A stretch of 64,000 nt of DNA from Squalus acanthias (GCA_030390025.1 CM059433.1:10046001-10110000), one strand, 5' to 3'; numbered from the stretch's first letter, positions 12,382 through 24,654 are shown. Notes: generated by a model from the letters alone, not told the origin. Translations and numbers: made by a program.

Positions 12382-12909
12382 ATAAAAACAGAAACCGCTG
12401 GAAACACTCAGCAGGTCAGGCAGCATCTGTGGAGAGAGAAACAGAGTCAACGTTTCAGGTCGATGACCCTTCGTCAGAACTGGGAAAAAGCTGGAGATGT
12501 AACAGGTTTTTAAGCAAGTACAGGGGCAGGGAAAGGGGGGAGGGGAGGAAAGAACAAAAGGGAAGGTCTGTGATAGGATGGAAGGCAGGAGAGATCAAGA
12601 GACAAAAGGGATGATGGTGCAAGGCAAAAGGAGATGGTAATGGGACAAGTTCAGAAACAAAAGATGGCTCTAGATGAGGTGTAAATGGCAATGGCAGAAT
12701 GATCGACAGCTGCCTTGTGAGAGAGAGAAAAAAAATGAGGAAAAAAAATGAAAATAATATAGGGGCAGAGGTTATAGTCTGAAATTGTTGAACTCTATGA
12801 TGAGTCCAGAAGGCTGTAAAATGCCTAATCGAAAGATGAGGTGCTGTTCCTCGAGCTTACGCTGAGCTTCATTGGAACAGTGTAAGAGGCCGAGGACGGA
12901 GAGGTCAGA
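12382..12909 (-). mobile_element. Penelope-like retroelement 3' end
   Basis: ORF 12772-13032 ends SDLSVLGLLHCSNEAQRKLEEQHLIFRLGILQPSGLIIEFNNF (PLE GIY-YIG endonuclease C-terminus); downstream UTR carries a hammerhead. Confidence 0.9.
12445..12481 (-). ncRNA. Minimal type I hammerhead ribozyme
   Basis: AGUU-CUGACGA-A-GGGUC(AUC)GACCU-GAA-ACGU-U-GACU. Confidence 0.8.
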
Positions 12910-13254
12910 TATTGGGCAGGCAGAGCTGGCCCACTTACATTGTGGCAAGGGGCCATGACAATATCCCCCCACATCCCCACCTCCCTCCCCTGTACCCCAG
13001 TTGCACCAAAAATGAGTTTGGCCCTCATTCAAAGTACGCTAATACCTCTGACCCCATGATTTGGGATGGGATCAAGGTTGCATTTCAAGGGCAGACAGAA
13101 GGTCCACTCTGCCCTCAATCTCCCTCCCCCTAAAAGCCCCTACAGAGGAATTACAGGGCTCATTTCCTACTGTCGATCACAATCCCAACTAACAGTTACC
13201 ACCTGTACCTCAAATAGAACTCAGTGAAACAGTATGAGTTTAATATTATTAAGA

Positions 13255-13555
13255 ATAGAATCATAGAATAGTACAGCACAGAAGGAGGCCATTCAGTCCA
13301 TCCAGTCTGTGCCGGCTCTTTCGAAGAGCAATCCAGTTAGTCCCACTCTCCCGCTCTTTCCTCATATCCCTGCAATTTTTTCTCCTTCAAGTATTTATCT
13401 AATTCCCTTTTGAAGGCTACTATTGAATCTGTATCCAACACCCAAATCAGGCAGGGCATTCCAAATCCTAACCACTTTTTGCGTAAAAAAGTTTTTCCTC
13501 ATGTCACCTCTGGTTCTTTTGCCAATCACCTTAATTCTGTGCCCTCTCGTTTTCG
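13255..13555 (-). mobile_element. CR1 3' UTR/ORF2 end, diverged
   Basis: atagaatcatagaat...cagcacagaaggaggccattc tail as in other CR1 copies. Confidence 0.8.
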
Positions 13556-13641
13556 ACTAATTAATGAAAAATTTGCATTTTTCTTTCCTGATCATGTTGA
13601 GTAAAATTAATTTGGGAACTGGTTTCCACTTTTGTACCCAA

Positions 13642-13839
13642 GGGGTAAATTTTCAGCTTCGTGCTGTGGTGGCGGCAATTATTGGAAATCATTGGAAATC
13701 TGGGTGCATGTTGCGTGTGATTTTTCGAGCAGGAGCAGCAAAAGACGCCCAAATGTCTGATTCACGCTGTCAGGTGAGGGGGTGGGGGGCGGAAGGGGTA
13801 AGGCTCTCCGTTGAAAGCAGGAGTTCAGAAAATTACCCT
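13642..13839. mobile_element. Short old MITE
   Basis: TIR ggggtaaattttc/gaaaattaccct; TSD not clear. Confidence 0.5.
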
Positions 13840-13934
13840 TTAGAATCTGAAGTCCTTGTTCTTGTTTACCTATCCATCCATGATCTCACTCCATCCTACC
13901 ACTGCAACCTTCTCTAGCTCTGTGATTCAATGGT

Positions 13935-14165
13935 ATTCTGAGAGCAGGGGAGTTCTCCCAAAGTTCTGGCCAAAATGTATTCCTCAGCCTACATCACAAA
14001 ACAGATTATCTGGTCATTTATCACATTGCTGTTTGTGGGAGCTTGCTGTGTGCGAATTGATTGCCGCGTTTCCTACATTACAACAGTGACTACACTTCAA
14101 AAGTATTTAATTGGCTGTCAAGGACATCCTGAGGTCATGAAAGGCGCTATATAAATGCAAACCCT
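13935..14165 (+). mobile_element. DeuSINE 3' half
   Basis: acagattatctggtc...gtgggagcttgctgtg...ggcgctatataaatgcaa. Confidence 0.85.
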
Positions 14166-14429
14166 TGTTTCTTTTTTCTGTCCATGTCCCCTCCCTCCAA
14201 CATCATTGGTGTAGCTGTCCACCATCTTGGCCCCCCCCCCCCCCTTAAACCTCTCCGGCTTGCTTCCTCTCCCCCCCCCACCTTCTAAACTCTCCTCAAA
14301 GCCTATCTCTTCAACCACACCATCGGTAATCTTCCCTAACTGTGCAGTGTCCATCTCTCCTCTGTGAAATACCTTGGGACATTCATTATATTTGAAGGTG
14401 CTGCACAAAAATACAATTTGTTGTTCATG

Positions 14430-14900
14430 TAAAGCTGCCGCCAAGAAACCTGGTTTCCTCCAGCGAGCCAAACACTTATTTTCCCCTCAACAACTCTTCA
14501 CTCTCTATAAAGCCCAAGTCTGTCCGAGACTGAAATACTGCTTTTATACTCGGGGGAAGTTCTTCTAGCATTTCTCTCATACTCCTGGACAAGATACAAG
14601 AAAAAAGACAATTGTCTTGACAGCTAATCCCTCTCTCGCTCCAGTCTCTCTATCATCCTTCACCCATCACAATCTTTCACGTCTCTCTTCTATGGATACT
14701 ACTCGTGCTCATCTGAACGATCCTTTCTTGTTTCTTCTGAGCTGACAGGTTCTCCTTCCTCTCTGTGCTCAAATCAAGCCTTAACACACTGTCACCTAAT
14801 CTAACTAATTACTTTCTAGGTCTTCAAATCTGTGAAACTTCTTATCTCCTTTAGTTTTCAGGCTCTTAATATCCAAACTAGGCTTCAACTGGTCAACACT
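14430..14900 (+). mobile_element. Old CR1/jockey-group LINE ORF2 remnant
   Basis: KAAAKKPGFLQRAKHLFSPQQLFTLYKAQVCPRLKYC resembles the post-RT LYKAQVRPxxEYC motif. Confidence 0.65.
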
Positions 14901-15112
14901 TTCTGATTTACCAAACTGATAGTCCAAAGTGCATGACCACCTTGGTGCTGGCCTGCAATTTGGACTTTGGCCCTTCACTTTGGTTTCTCAGTTAAAAAGT
15001 TAGTGGCGATCCTAGTGCTCGCAGTTTATTGAATTATCTTCTGTGGGCCATTGACAAATTGACTTGATTTTCTGTTTTGACGTGATTTGATGCATTAGAA
15101 ATTAACTTCTTG

Positions 15113-15540
15113 GGTGGATCAGTGGGTCGCACACTCGCCTCTGAGTCAGAAGGTCGTGGGTTCAAGTCCCACTCCACAGAACTTGAACACATAAAGCTAG
15201 GCTGACACTCCAGTGCAGTGCTGAGGGAGTGCTGCACTGTCGGAGGTGCCGTCTTTCAGATGAGACGTTAAACCAAGGCCCCGTCTGCTCTCTCAGGTGG
15301 ACGTAAAAGATCCCATGGCACTATCTTCAAAGAAGAGCAGGGGAGTTATCCCAATATTTATCCCTCAATCAACATAACAAAAAAACCCAGTTTATCTGGT
15401 CATTATCACGTTACTGTTTGTGGGACCTTGCTGTGCGCAAATTGGCTGCTGCATTTTCCACATTACAACACCTCATTGGCTGCGAAGCGCTTTGAGACGT
15501 CCGGTGGTCGTGAAATGCGCTATATAAATGCAAGTCTTTC
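15113..15540 (+). mobile_element. DeuSINE
   Basis: Same family as 2423-2880. Confidence 0.9.
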
Positions 15541-15774
15541 TATGAGAAGGAAAACAGGCAAGTACTTTTAAAGTTATGTCTTTTGAGAAAAATAGTAATT
15601 GATTAGGTTAGACTAGGAAAAAGTAAAAATGAAAGTAGAAAAGCAGAGAAATGCAAAAGAAATGAGAATAAGGGAAAGGGAAGACAGGATGAGTAGAATT
15701 AAAGCATGACTTTAATTTTAATAAAATTAAAAGAATTTAAATGCAAAGTAATTATTTTGCAGCATGTGGGTTGG

Positions 15775-16696
15775 TGTTAGCCTTGGCCTGGCGGTTGCAC
15801 TCTCGCCTGAGTCAATAGGTTCTGTGTTCAAGTCCCACTCCACTGTCTTGAACACATAATGAAGACGGACACTTCAGTGCAGTACTGAGGGGGTGCTGCA
15901 TTGGTACAGGTGCTGTTTTTCAGATGGGATGTTAAGCCAAGGCCCTGTCTGCCCTCTCACATGGGTATAAAAGATCCCATGGCACTCTTTGAAGAAGAGC
16001 CGGTGAGTGGTCCCAACGGCCTGGCCAAGATTTATCCATCAACCAACATCACTAAAACAGATTGTCCACAACAACAATAACAGCAACTTGCATTTATATC
16101 GCACCTTTAATGCAGTAAAACATCCCAAGGCGCTTCACAGGAACGTCATCAAACGATATTAGGACTTGGTCAAAAGGGGTAGTTTTTAAGGAGCGTTTTA
16201 AAGGAGGCGAGAGAGGTAGAGAAGGTTTAGGGAGGGAATTCCAGAGCTTAAGCCCCAGGCAGCTAAAAGGCACGGCCTCCAATGGTGGGGCTAAGGAAGT
16301 TGGGGATGCACATGGAGGCCAGAATTGGAGGAGCGCAGAGATCTTGGAGGGTTGTAGGGCTGCAGGAGGTTTCAGGATATGGAGCGATTTGAAAACAGGA
16401 ATGAGAATTTGAAAATCGAGGCGTTGCTGGATCGGGAGCTGATGTCGGTCAGCGAGCACAGGGGCGATAGGTGAACGGGACTTGGTGCGACTTAGGACAC
16501 GAGCAGCAGAGTTTTGGATTAATTCAAGCTTATAGAGGGTGTCATTCTTATATTACTGCTTGTGGGAGCTTGCTGTGCGCAACTTGGCTGCCGCAGTTGC
16601 CTACATTACAACGGCGACTGCACTTCAAAAGTACTTCATTGGCTGTGAAGCGCTTTGAGAGGTCCTGAGGTCGTGAAAGGCACGATATAGATGCAA
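15775..16696 (+). mobile_element. Older DeuSINE interrupted by an L2 (16067-16540), with a MITE in its tail
   Basis: SINE body stops at acagattgtc and resumes at gtcattc...gtgggagcttgctgtgcg. Confidence 0.8.
16067..16540 (-). mobile_element. L2-clade LINE 3' end
   Basis: ORF 16094-16459 (LPIQQRLDF...FSCLGLKLWNSLP); (TTG)n-like tail. Confidence 0.85.
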
Positions 16697-17313
16697 GGGG
16701 GGAGAAATTCAGTCTCGCCCCGTTTGGGGCTCTAACTTTTGAAAGCTGGGAAACTTAGCGCCAGACGCTAATGATTCCCAGCTTTTGCAAAATTCGGTGT
16801 TTGCGCTCCAGGAAGGAAGTGGAGCTCTAAATCAAGCGCTCCACCTCCTCCCTGGAGCGCTAAAGGACACAGGCGGGGCGATAGTGGTGCACAATGTCCC
16901 GTGCAGCGCTGCCGCGTTCCGAGGTTCCTTCCCTCCCTTAAAGGGAAGGGCCGTTGCTGCAGGCTCTACAGTCAGCTGGTCCCCAACGGCAGCCCCTTTT
17001 ATTTGCGCCTCCGAAGCTCCCGGCCTCCCGATGGACGCCTCCTGCAGCTGCCGGTGTTTTCGCCCCGGCGATGCTGCAGGGGGCGGAACCGAAGTTCGGG
17101 TCCGGGGCGATGCGCACGGCGATGACGTCACAATCTCCGGCCGCAGGGGAGCGTGGCGCTCGTGGCTACCGCCGCTGCAAACCTCCACGTCAATTTCACG
17201 GGCGTCGGTACTATCGCCGCGCCCGGTCGCAAAGCCGGTAGCGTCCCCGTTAGCGACCCCCGCCCCCCCCCAGAGACGCTAACGGGAGGCGCTAAGGTAC
17301 CAAATTTCTCCCC
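16697..17313. mobile_element. GC-rich Harbinger-type MITE
   Basis: TIR ggggagaaatt/aatttctcccc; TSD CAA (16694-16696, 17314-17316). Confidence 0.85.
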
Positions 17314-18657
17314 CAAGGTCTTTTTGATCAGAGACATAAGCCTACGCCTGACACCTGAATAGCTTTGTTAATGCATTATTATCGCTTTTTCAGCATGCGG
17401 GGGCTGAAAACATCCAAACTTGGCCAGCTCAGGGAGACTGCAATTTTTCCAGATCTGCCAGCAATCTCAAGAATAAAGATATAAAGCTTCTTTAACCTTA
17501 AGTAACAAACCTTACTGAAAATTATGCCTTCACTGTGTTTGATATTATTAAAGATGTTTCAGTTCCCTAGCAGGGATTGATAAATTGGGACATGCATAGT
17601 ATTCTGGTGCTGATCTTATCGTGCCAGTTGCTAGCTCTGTCCACTCGAAGTAACTCGTCCCACTGGGTCGATACAGTTACAGCTTGTTAACTGGCTGCGT
17701 CCTGAGGTGCTGACCTGGGAGAGACCCATAGAAACGAGTTCTGTACTGACTGCGCCAGAGGTGTGATTTTTGGTAAGTGGCTTTAATGTTGGACTTTAAA
17801 ACCACATCAAGCAGGTTGTGGGGAATTGCAGCTCTAATGTTGTCGACAGATGCTGATTTGATGTATCTGAGTGCACTGTCAACAGCTAGCAGTAAGATTC
17901 AGCCAGCATTGATGGAATGTGGTCTGAACTGCTGCCAGTTGTATAACAGAAGTACAGTCAGTCACACTGCCACTTTATAGTTCTCTGTGCTGCTTTGATC
18001 ACTCTTTAAATCAGCTCATCGCAGTTGCTGGAATCTCTGAAGTAATAGGTATTTATTAGCAACATGCCTTACAAATTCAGTTTTAAAATGGCAATTCATT
18101 GTAAAGTAACAGGTAGCTAGCTATAGCTTAAAAAAACAATCCATTTCTTTAATTCAGCAGATTGATGTGGTCTATTGAGTTGGTTGCCAAGCCGACACTT
18201 GGTCAAAAAGCAAAATATTGCTTCCACCATGAGAGATGGGAGGTTTCAACAGCCCCGGTTACCTGCTCTACCTTAGTCACCGGTCGGTCACTGCTTGCAC
18301 TCGGCATACCAGCCCCACAGATGCTCTGCCAGGCTGGCGACACGGGAGCTCTGGCCTGGAGGACTCTGCCCTCTGACCACGCCCCCTTCTCACCATGGCG
18401 ATCTTTCTCGCAGCGGCAAGAGGCTCCGCCCTCCCCCACCCCCCCACCCCCAATCAGGCTCCACGGAAACTGTTGGAAAAGGCCAGACCTGGTGAATCAG
18501 GTTCTCGCCCTAATTTTTCGGCCGAGTCCCGCCAGACTCCTGCCGAAGGTGGGGGCGGGGGGGACCGGGAGTGCGGCAGAAGGGCTATGGATTTTATGTT
18601 ATTTGGATGGGCAGATGACTTGAGTGTTATATCAATGTAAACGGCAAGAAATCGCAT

Positions 18658-19142
18658 GAAAGAAAGAAAGACTTGCATTTATGTCGCGCCTTTCACGACC
18701 ACCGGACGTCTCAGAGCGCTTTACAGCCAATGAAGTACTTTTGAAGTGGAGTCACTGTTGTAATGTGGGAAACGTGGCAGCCAAGTTGCGCACAGCAAGC
18801 TCCCACAAACAGCAATGTGAAAATGACCAGATAATCTGTTTTTTTGTTATGTTGGTTGAGGGATAAATATTGGCCTCAGGACACCGGGGATAACTCCCCC
18901 CCCCCCTGCTCGTCTTCGAAGTAATGCCATGGGGATCTTTTATGTCCACTTGAGAGAGCAGACGGGGCCTCAGTTTAACGTCTCATCCGAAAGACGCCAC
19001 CTCCGACGGTGCGGCACTCCCTCAGCACTGCACTGGGAGTGTCAGCCTAGCTTTATGTGCTCAAGTCCCTGGAGTGGGGACTGTGAACCCACAACCTTCT
19101 GACTCAGAGGCGAGTGTGCTACCCACCGAGCCACAGCTGACA
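18658..19142 (-). mobile_element. DeuSINE, full length
   Basis: Reverse complement of the family. Confidence 0.9.
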
Positions 19143-19627
19143 TGAACATCTAAATAATGTCATTGAGGTCTAACTTAAATAAAACTAACTGCAAATTGGC
19201 AGGCGCCAGTGCAAAACCTGACCAGAAAATTGGGTGGTGTGTTGTGGGTTAGTGAGAATGAGCCTAAAGGCAGCTATGGAGATGCTGGGCTCCTACGGTC
19301 TCCAGCTGAGAATTGACATGACTCGTACGGTTGACAAGTTGCAGTGCTTGTCTTTGCTCAGACTCAAGCTTGTGGCTGGAGAGGCATGAATGACGTAAAT
19401 GATTTAGTACTGCACAGGCAAGACACGTGTCAAAATAAAGTCTGCGTCTGAATTAAGGTATTGGAGAAAGCTGACAGTTTAATTAACTTCTGCACTACTC
19501 ACCTGAACTCAAACTGGTTTCCAGAGTTCTGTTCTCTGCTGAATAACATCAGTGAGTGCTAACCAGCCTTGGTTACTCAACTTGCCATGTCAGAAATCAG
19601 GTTACTTTGTGATCCAGCTAAAATTTC

Positions 19628-20297
19628 GGGCTGGATTTTCAGTGACCCGTGGAGGTGGGTTTGGAGGCGTGTGAGGGGGTTAAAATTGCAAAAACTGGCG
19701 GGCGGGCACAAGTCCGCCTCCATCCCGCCTCCACGCAATTTTCATTAAATGGTGTCTGCTGGTCCCGACTCCGTCCCGCCTTTAAGAGACGGGATAGGCT
19801 GTTAAGGCCCTTAACAAGCACTAAATTGCTTCTATAATGCCATTTTGAAAGGCCTTTGTGCTTTTAACCCTTGTTCTACATGAAGCACGCCTGTTCTGAA
19901 ACACGATTGTGAAACCTGGCGGGAGCACATATCGAAAGCTGACTATCAGCTGCAGGTCCACTATTACAATGGAGAAGTAAGTAGTATCTGGGAGCAGACC
20001 TAGGGCGGCTGCTGCTCATTTCTGCGAGCAAAGGGCAGTCTCTCTCTCTCTCCCTCTCTCTTTGCATCCAGGTCCTCTCACAGCAAAGGCCAGGCAGTCT
20101 CTGAAGCCCTTCAATGCAGCAGCAATGATGACATCATCAGAGGCGACTTTCAGACTCAAAACACTAATTGGGTCATGGGTTCCCACATGCTGGAACTCAA
20201 TTGCCCAATTAGGTGAAAATTGCATCAATCTCCCACATCCAAATGCAGTCGGGTGGATAACACGACCCCAACCCGCCCCAGTATCAAAATCCAGCCC
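19628..20297. mobile_element. Harbinger-type MITE
   Basis: TIR GGGCTGGATTTT/AAAATCCAGCCC; TSD TTC (19625-19627, 20298-20300). Confidence 0.85.
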
Positions 20298-20577
20298 TTC
20301 GTCTTCACAGGAGCAACCCACATCCTGCCAGCTGATGTTCAAGTCTGCACTCTTGCCTCTGAATCAGTAGGTTGTGGGTTCAAGTTCCACTCCAGAGACT
20401 TGAGTGCATAATCTGGGCTGACACTCCAGTGGCAGTGCTGAGGGAGAGTGCTGCATTGTTGAAGGTACTCTCTTTTGGATGAGATGTTAAACCAGGCATA
20501 GCCCTTTGTCAGAATTGGAATTAAAACATCAATGTTTGATGTTAAATATTTTTGATGGAGAAAATACTAATTATAAC

Positions 20578-21188
20578 AATGCCTGACTTGCTCAGTGTTT
20601 CCAGCATTTCCTGATTTTTTCAGGTTTCCAGCCACTACAGTATTTATTTTACTAATATAAAAACAGAAAATGCTGGAGATACTCAGCAGGTCAGGCAGCA
20701 TCTGTGAAGAGAGAAACAGAGTTAACGTTTCAGGTTGATGACCTTTCGTCAGAACTGGAAAAAAGCAGGAAATGGAACAGGTTTTTAAGCAAGTGCAGGG
20801 GCTGGGAAATGGGGGAGGGGATGAAAGAACAAAAGGGAAGGTCTGTGATAGGATAGAAGGCAGGAGAAGTGAAGAGACATGAAGAGATATTCAAGGCAAA
20901 AGGAGATGGTAATGGGACAGGTTAAGAAACAAAGGATGGCTCTAGATGAAGTGTGAATTGCGCTGGCAGAATGAAAGACAGCTGCCATGTGGGAGAGAAG
21001 AATAGAAGGCACAAACAAAAAGTGTGGATAAAAAAAATATATATATGATTGGGGCCGAGGTTATGATCTGAAATTGTTGAACTCTCTGTTGAGTCCAGAA
21101 GGCTGTAAAGTGCCAAATCGAAAGATGAGGTGCTGTTCCTCGAGCTTACACTGAGCTTCCGTGGAACAATGCAAGAGGCCGAGGACGG
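20578..21188 (-). mobile_element. Penelope-like element 3' end (20657-21188, -) preceded by a short inverted copy of its terminus (20578-20645, +)
   Basis: Same sequence as 12382-12909; cctgacttgctcagtgtttccagcattt is inverted relative to aaatgctggagatactcagcaggtcagg. Confidence 0.85.
20720..20756 (-). ncRNA. Minimal type I hammerhead ribozyme
   Basis: AGUU-CUGACGA-A-AGGU(CAUCA)ACCU-GAA-ACGU-U-AACU. Confidence 0.8.
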
Positions 21189-22082
21189 TTTATTTTACTG
21201 TTAGGCTGCAGGATTGGACATTACATTAATATGTATTGTCACGTCCTAATTTTTATCCTTGTGTTTAGATCTGTCTTACAGTTCCTGATCTCTGGAGCCT
21301 CTCCCTATCACTGACTCTAGCTCTTGTATATCCCACACTCTTTACCCAATCATGGGTGCTTTCACTCGTCCAGGTCCCACTCTGTGGAATTCCTTTCCAC
21401 GTCCCTCTCCTCCTTTCAGAGCCTCCTTTATATGCAGAACTCATGAGGTCCCAAAACCTGGGCTCGGCAGTTGATGAAGTACATAAGCTGGCCCACTGAC
21501 CAGCAGGTTCTTGCCAACCAACATCAGGGGTGGACTGGCCATATGGGAAATCGAGGGATTTCACAAGTGTCCCTGTGAATGGCTCCATGGTACTGTATTA
21601 TTAGCACATCCCCTTTCGCTGTACGAATCCTGAAGAATCCCACATCCTTTTTGGGGGAGTCAGTCCATTTCTGACCGCCACCTTCTCCCGCTCACTCATA
21701 CCTCCTCCGTGTTTATATCTAGATCCAGGGTGTGTACCTGTCTTGGCGCGCATGGCTGGTGGAGTGAGTGAGAGAGGATGTGTGACGTGTGGGAGTCACT
21801 GGGACCTGCAGCTGGTTCTTGGGCAATACCTATGGAATCAGAATACATGATGCATCATGCAGCTACATGGAGTTGGAAGGTTTTATGAGCTGAAGCCCTT
21901 TTAAAATGTCTGTGCCAACAGTTTCAGGTAAAGTTGCATTTGTAACTTGTGCCCTGCTGCAGAATTGCTATGCATGGTAAGCACTCAAAAGGCTGTAAAA
22001 TGTTCAAAGTGGAAGGAAACATCTTGGTGGCATGTATACGTTGTCCATCGACTTGGCTTAAGTTCATGGTATGGAACGTTAC

Positions 22083-22298
22083 CTTGCTTGATATTGTCAG
22101 GCCTGCAAACTTCTTTCACATTTGGAGCCTGATCCTCTGATTGGTGTACACAGGATTGACATGGAGAGACACCTTCTCCCAGGTACAATGGACTTCTGTC
22201 ACGTGGGGGGAGAGTGCCTTGAGTTCCTAATATGGGTGGACCTCCCTGTGCCCCACTTCTTCGAACAAGACTTCCAGGAAACTATGCTGTTTGGACAT
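22083..22298 (-). pseudogene. Second Harbinger Myb/SANT-like exon remnant
   Basis: One frame: MSKQHSFLEVLFEEVGHREV...TWEKVSLHVNPVYTNQRIRLQM*KKFAGLTISSK|gtaacg, two stops, donor at the same position as in the 9.3-kb fossil. Confidence 0.7.
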
Positions 22299-22629
22299 GC
22301 CGCTGCTCCGTTCTCACACTTACCGCTCTCGGCAGGTATTGTAAAACTTGTAGCCTCCAAAAATTCACCCCCCTTTAAATGGCCACTGCAGGTCTGTAAA
22401 TATCCTTCAGCGGTGCCAGATATCCTGCGCCCCATCCCCAAACACATCGAGATCCCAATCACAGGTGGATTACACAACAGAAGCTTGCTCTGAATATGTA
22501 GTGAGGCTTGACGCTGTTTGTGACACGGGCAGGCAGGCACAATGCCCTTACCGCAAGATTCCTGCTGACTCCAGGCTCAGCTTGGAAAACCCAATCCTGT
22601 CCGTTCAAGCATCATTTTGACAAAAAGTA

Positions 22630-22796
22630 AGTGCCCCAGCAGGAGGAAGCCCTGTTCAGTGCTGAGTTAGCTTAGTTCAAGGGAGACAGCAACTGGGGCA
22701 CTGTGATTGGCCCCAGTATCCCTGAGGTAGGGAGGGGGAAAATTGGCAAAGATTCCCACTCCTGATGGCTATTCAGTGATTGCTGCTGGAAATTGC
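22630..22796 (+). mobile_element. AmnSINE2-like SINE, 5' half
   Basis: gtgctgagttagct...attggccccag...ctcctgatggctattcagtga...ctgctggaaattgc. Confidence 0.7.
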
Positions 22797-22896
22797 GGGC
22801 TGAATTTTAATGGGTTAGGAGGTGCGGGGGGGGCCTCCGAAGTGGTTGGGAAACCCCCGTAGGCCCAGCCGAATTTAATGGCGGGGCCTGAATTGC
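22797..22896. mobile_element. One end of a split Harbinger-type MITE
   Basis: gggctgaatttt...aatttaatgg...cctgaattgc resembles the reverse-complemented right end of MITE 46212-47133. Confidence 0.65.
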
Positions 22897-23364
22897 ATGC
22901 CATTTCAATGCAGTTTGTGATCCATCTTTGGGATTATAAAGTTGCTGAGAATTATCTACAAGTATGTAACAAGTGCAAGTGCACTGAAAACAAAATTCCT
23001 GGGCCATGTGGGACAGTGAAGATTTTATGGAGCGTGGAAATAAAGTTCGCTGAAGTGCTGCTCGGCCAAATGGTGCTTCACTGCAGCTAAGCCCCGTCCG
23101 GGTCAGCAGGTTCATGCAGTTCTGCAACCTCCGTATTAAGGTGCATTAACTCTCTTTGGGAGGTCCCACCATGACCCCCAGTGGCCCGGTTTGCGTCAGG
23201 TCAGGTCAGATTCGGAAATTCCTTTGGCTTTTAACTTGCTCTGGGTATGATTTTGATGAATAGACTCAGGCATTTGAAAATGCCGTGTCTCCGAGCATTG
23301 GGCTGCTATTTACACGCAGCAAGGTTTTGTCAACATATGTCGACTCTTTGGGGGTTTGCTAAAA
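22897..23364 (+). repeat. 468-bp inverted duplication, left copy
   Basis: Reverse complement of 24655-25122; one mismatch seen (tacacGcagc vs tacacAcagc). Confidence 0.97.
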
Positions 23365-23504
23365 AAAAAAACTCTGACATAAGGGATGACAACGATGCCA
23401 ATGCCAAAAGGGTGCTGGCAAAGTCTGTTGAAGAATTAATGACTGACATCAATGAGACTAAAATAGTGTGTCCCGCAGCATGTACACCCAACTGACGTGC
23501 CATT

Positions 23505-24246
23505 GGCCCAAAAATTAGTGCCGCTACGCGAGAGTACGCACTGTGTACTCTCGCGTATTCTGTCTCCAATTGCCGGTTTTCTGCATGCACTGCGCATGCG
23601 CTAAAAACCGGCACTTGGTGATTTCAAAAGGGGGCGGTTCCTAGGTGAACCGCGTGCGCGCTACAGGCTGCGCGCACGCAGTGCACTTAGTGCTTTGAAC
23701 GCGCAGGTAAGCATGGAAGATTTTGCACATAAAGAAAGGAGGCGTAAGACCCTCTTTTAACAAGGTAAGTAGTTAATTAAGTATTATTTTGAATTTTTTT
23801 CAACAGGTATATCTTTTTTAGAGACTTTAAAGAAAGGTAAGTTTGTTTTTATAACTTTTTAAAAGATTTTAAATTTTTTCAAAAATTTAATTTTTTGCTT
23901 AAAATGGTTAATTTATTTAACTATACTTATTTTATTAATGTGATGGTTTTTAAAAAAAATTTAATTGAGGTTTAGCTGTTCTTTTGGGGGGTATAGATTC
24001 ATAGCTTTCACAGCACTTTTGTGAAAGCTATGAATGAAAGATGGTGTGCTGCCATTGGCTCTAACTGAGTCACGTGATCCCACAGCTCGCACGAATTAAC
24101 TGCGCCTGTGGGATACGCAAGCCCTGCACAGCTGCTGTCCAGAACATCAAGTTCGTGCGAGCTGGGAATGAAAAAGCCAGCGCGCAGTGAGAGATCACGG
24201 GGAAGCCTTACCCTCGCATGAAGGCGCCCTCACTAATTTTTGGGCC
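23505..24246 (+). mobile_element. Harbinger-type MITE with clustered splice-donor motifs
   Basis: Perfect 16-bp TIR GGCCCAAAAATTAGTG; flanks att/agt; second copy at 63351. Confidence 0.85.
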
Positions 24247-24254
24247 AGTATATT

Positions 24255-24464
24255 TCTTGTTGGTTCTTCCCCTCTTCTCCTGAATGTGCTGTCTCTCGCT
24301 GGGGTGAAGGTCCGTGGACACCAGCAGCCCCTCCAGCGCCTCACTAAAGCGAACGTTCCACCTGTGTACTTCGAGACGCTGAATGTCAGCAAGCTATTCC
24401 ACTGCAGGAGGTTACATCACCATCAAGACCAATTCTGTGCTGCAGCAGGCGCAGGCTTGTGCGC
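24255..24464 (-). mobile_element. AmnSINE2-like SINE, 3' half (inverted relative to its 5' half)
   Basis: On -: gtgatgt...gaatagcttgctgacattca...ggggctgctggtgtcc...accccagc...ttcaggagaagagggg, colinear with the 3' half of 26575-26985. Confidence 0.7.
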
Positions 24465-24465
24465 G

Positions 24466-24654
24466 GGAGGGGGGGGGGGGGAATTTTAACCTAAAATAAA
24501 ATGGGTGCACTGGGGGCGTGTGGGAAGTTAAAGTGTTAAAAATCTGAATCCCGACCTGAACCCACCTCCAACCCGCCCACTTCCGGTTTAAACGGAGGCG
24601 GGACGGGAGCAGGCAGCCAATCCGCTGCCAGGAGGCGGGTCGTCTATTTCACCA
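24466..24654. mobile_element. Other end of the split Harbinger-type MITE
   Basis: gggggaattttaacc...gttaaagtgttaaa...ccacttccggttt...ccgctgccaggaggcgggtcg matches the left end of MITE 46212-47133. Confidence 0.8.

Noticed and set aside
17592..17690. Signal-peptide-like ORF MHSILVLILSCQLLAL...
   Set aside because: Stops after 32 codons, before the nearby donor; no other support.
21237..22525. TGTCAC...GTGACA ends suggesting an LTR element
   Set aside because: No TSD, PBS or gag/pol similarity seen; the interior holds a Harbinger Myb-like remnant.
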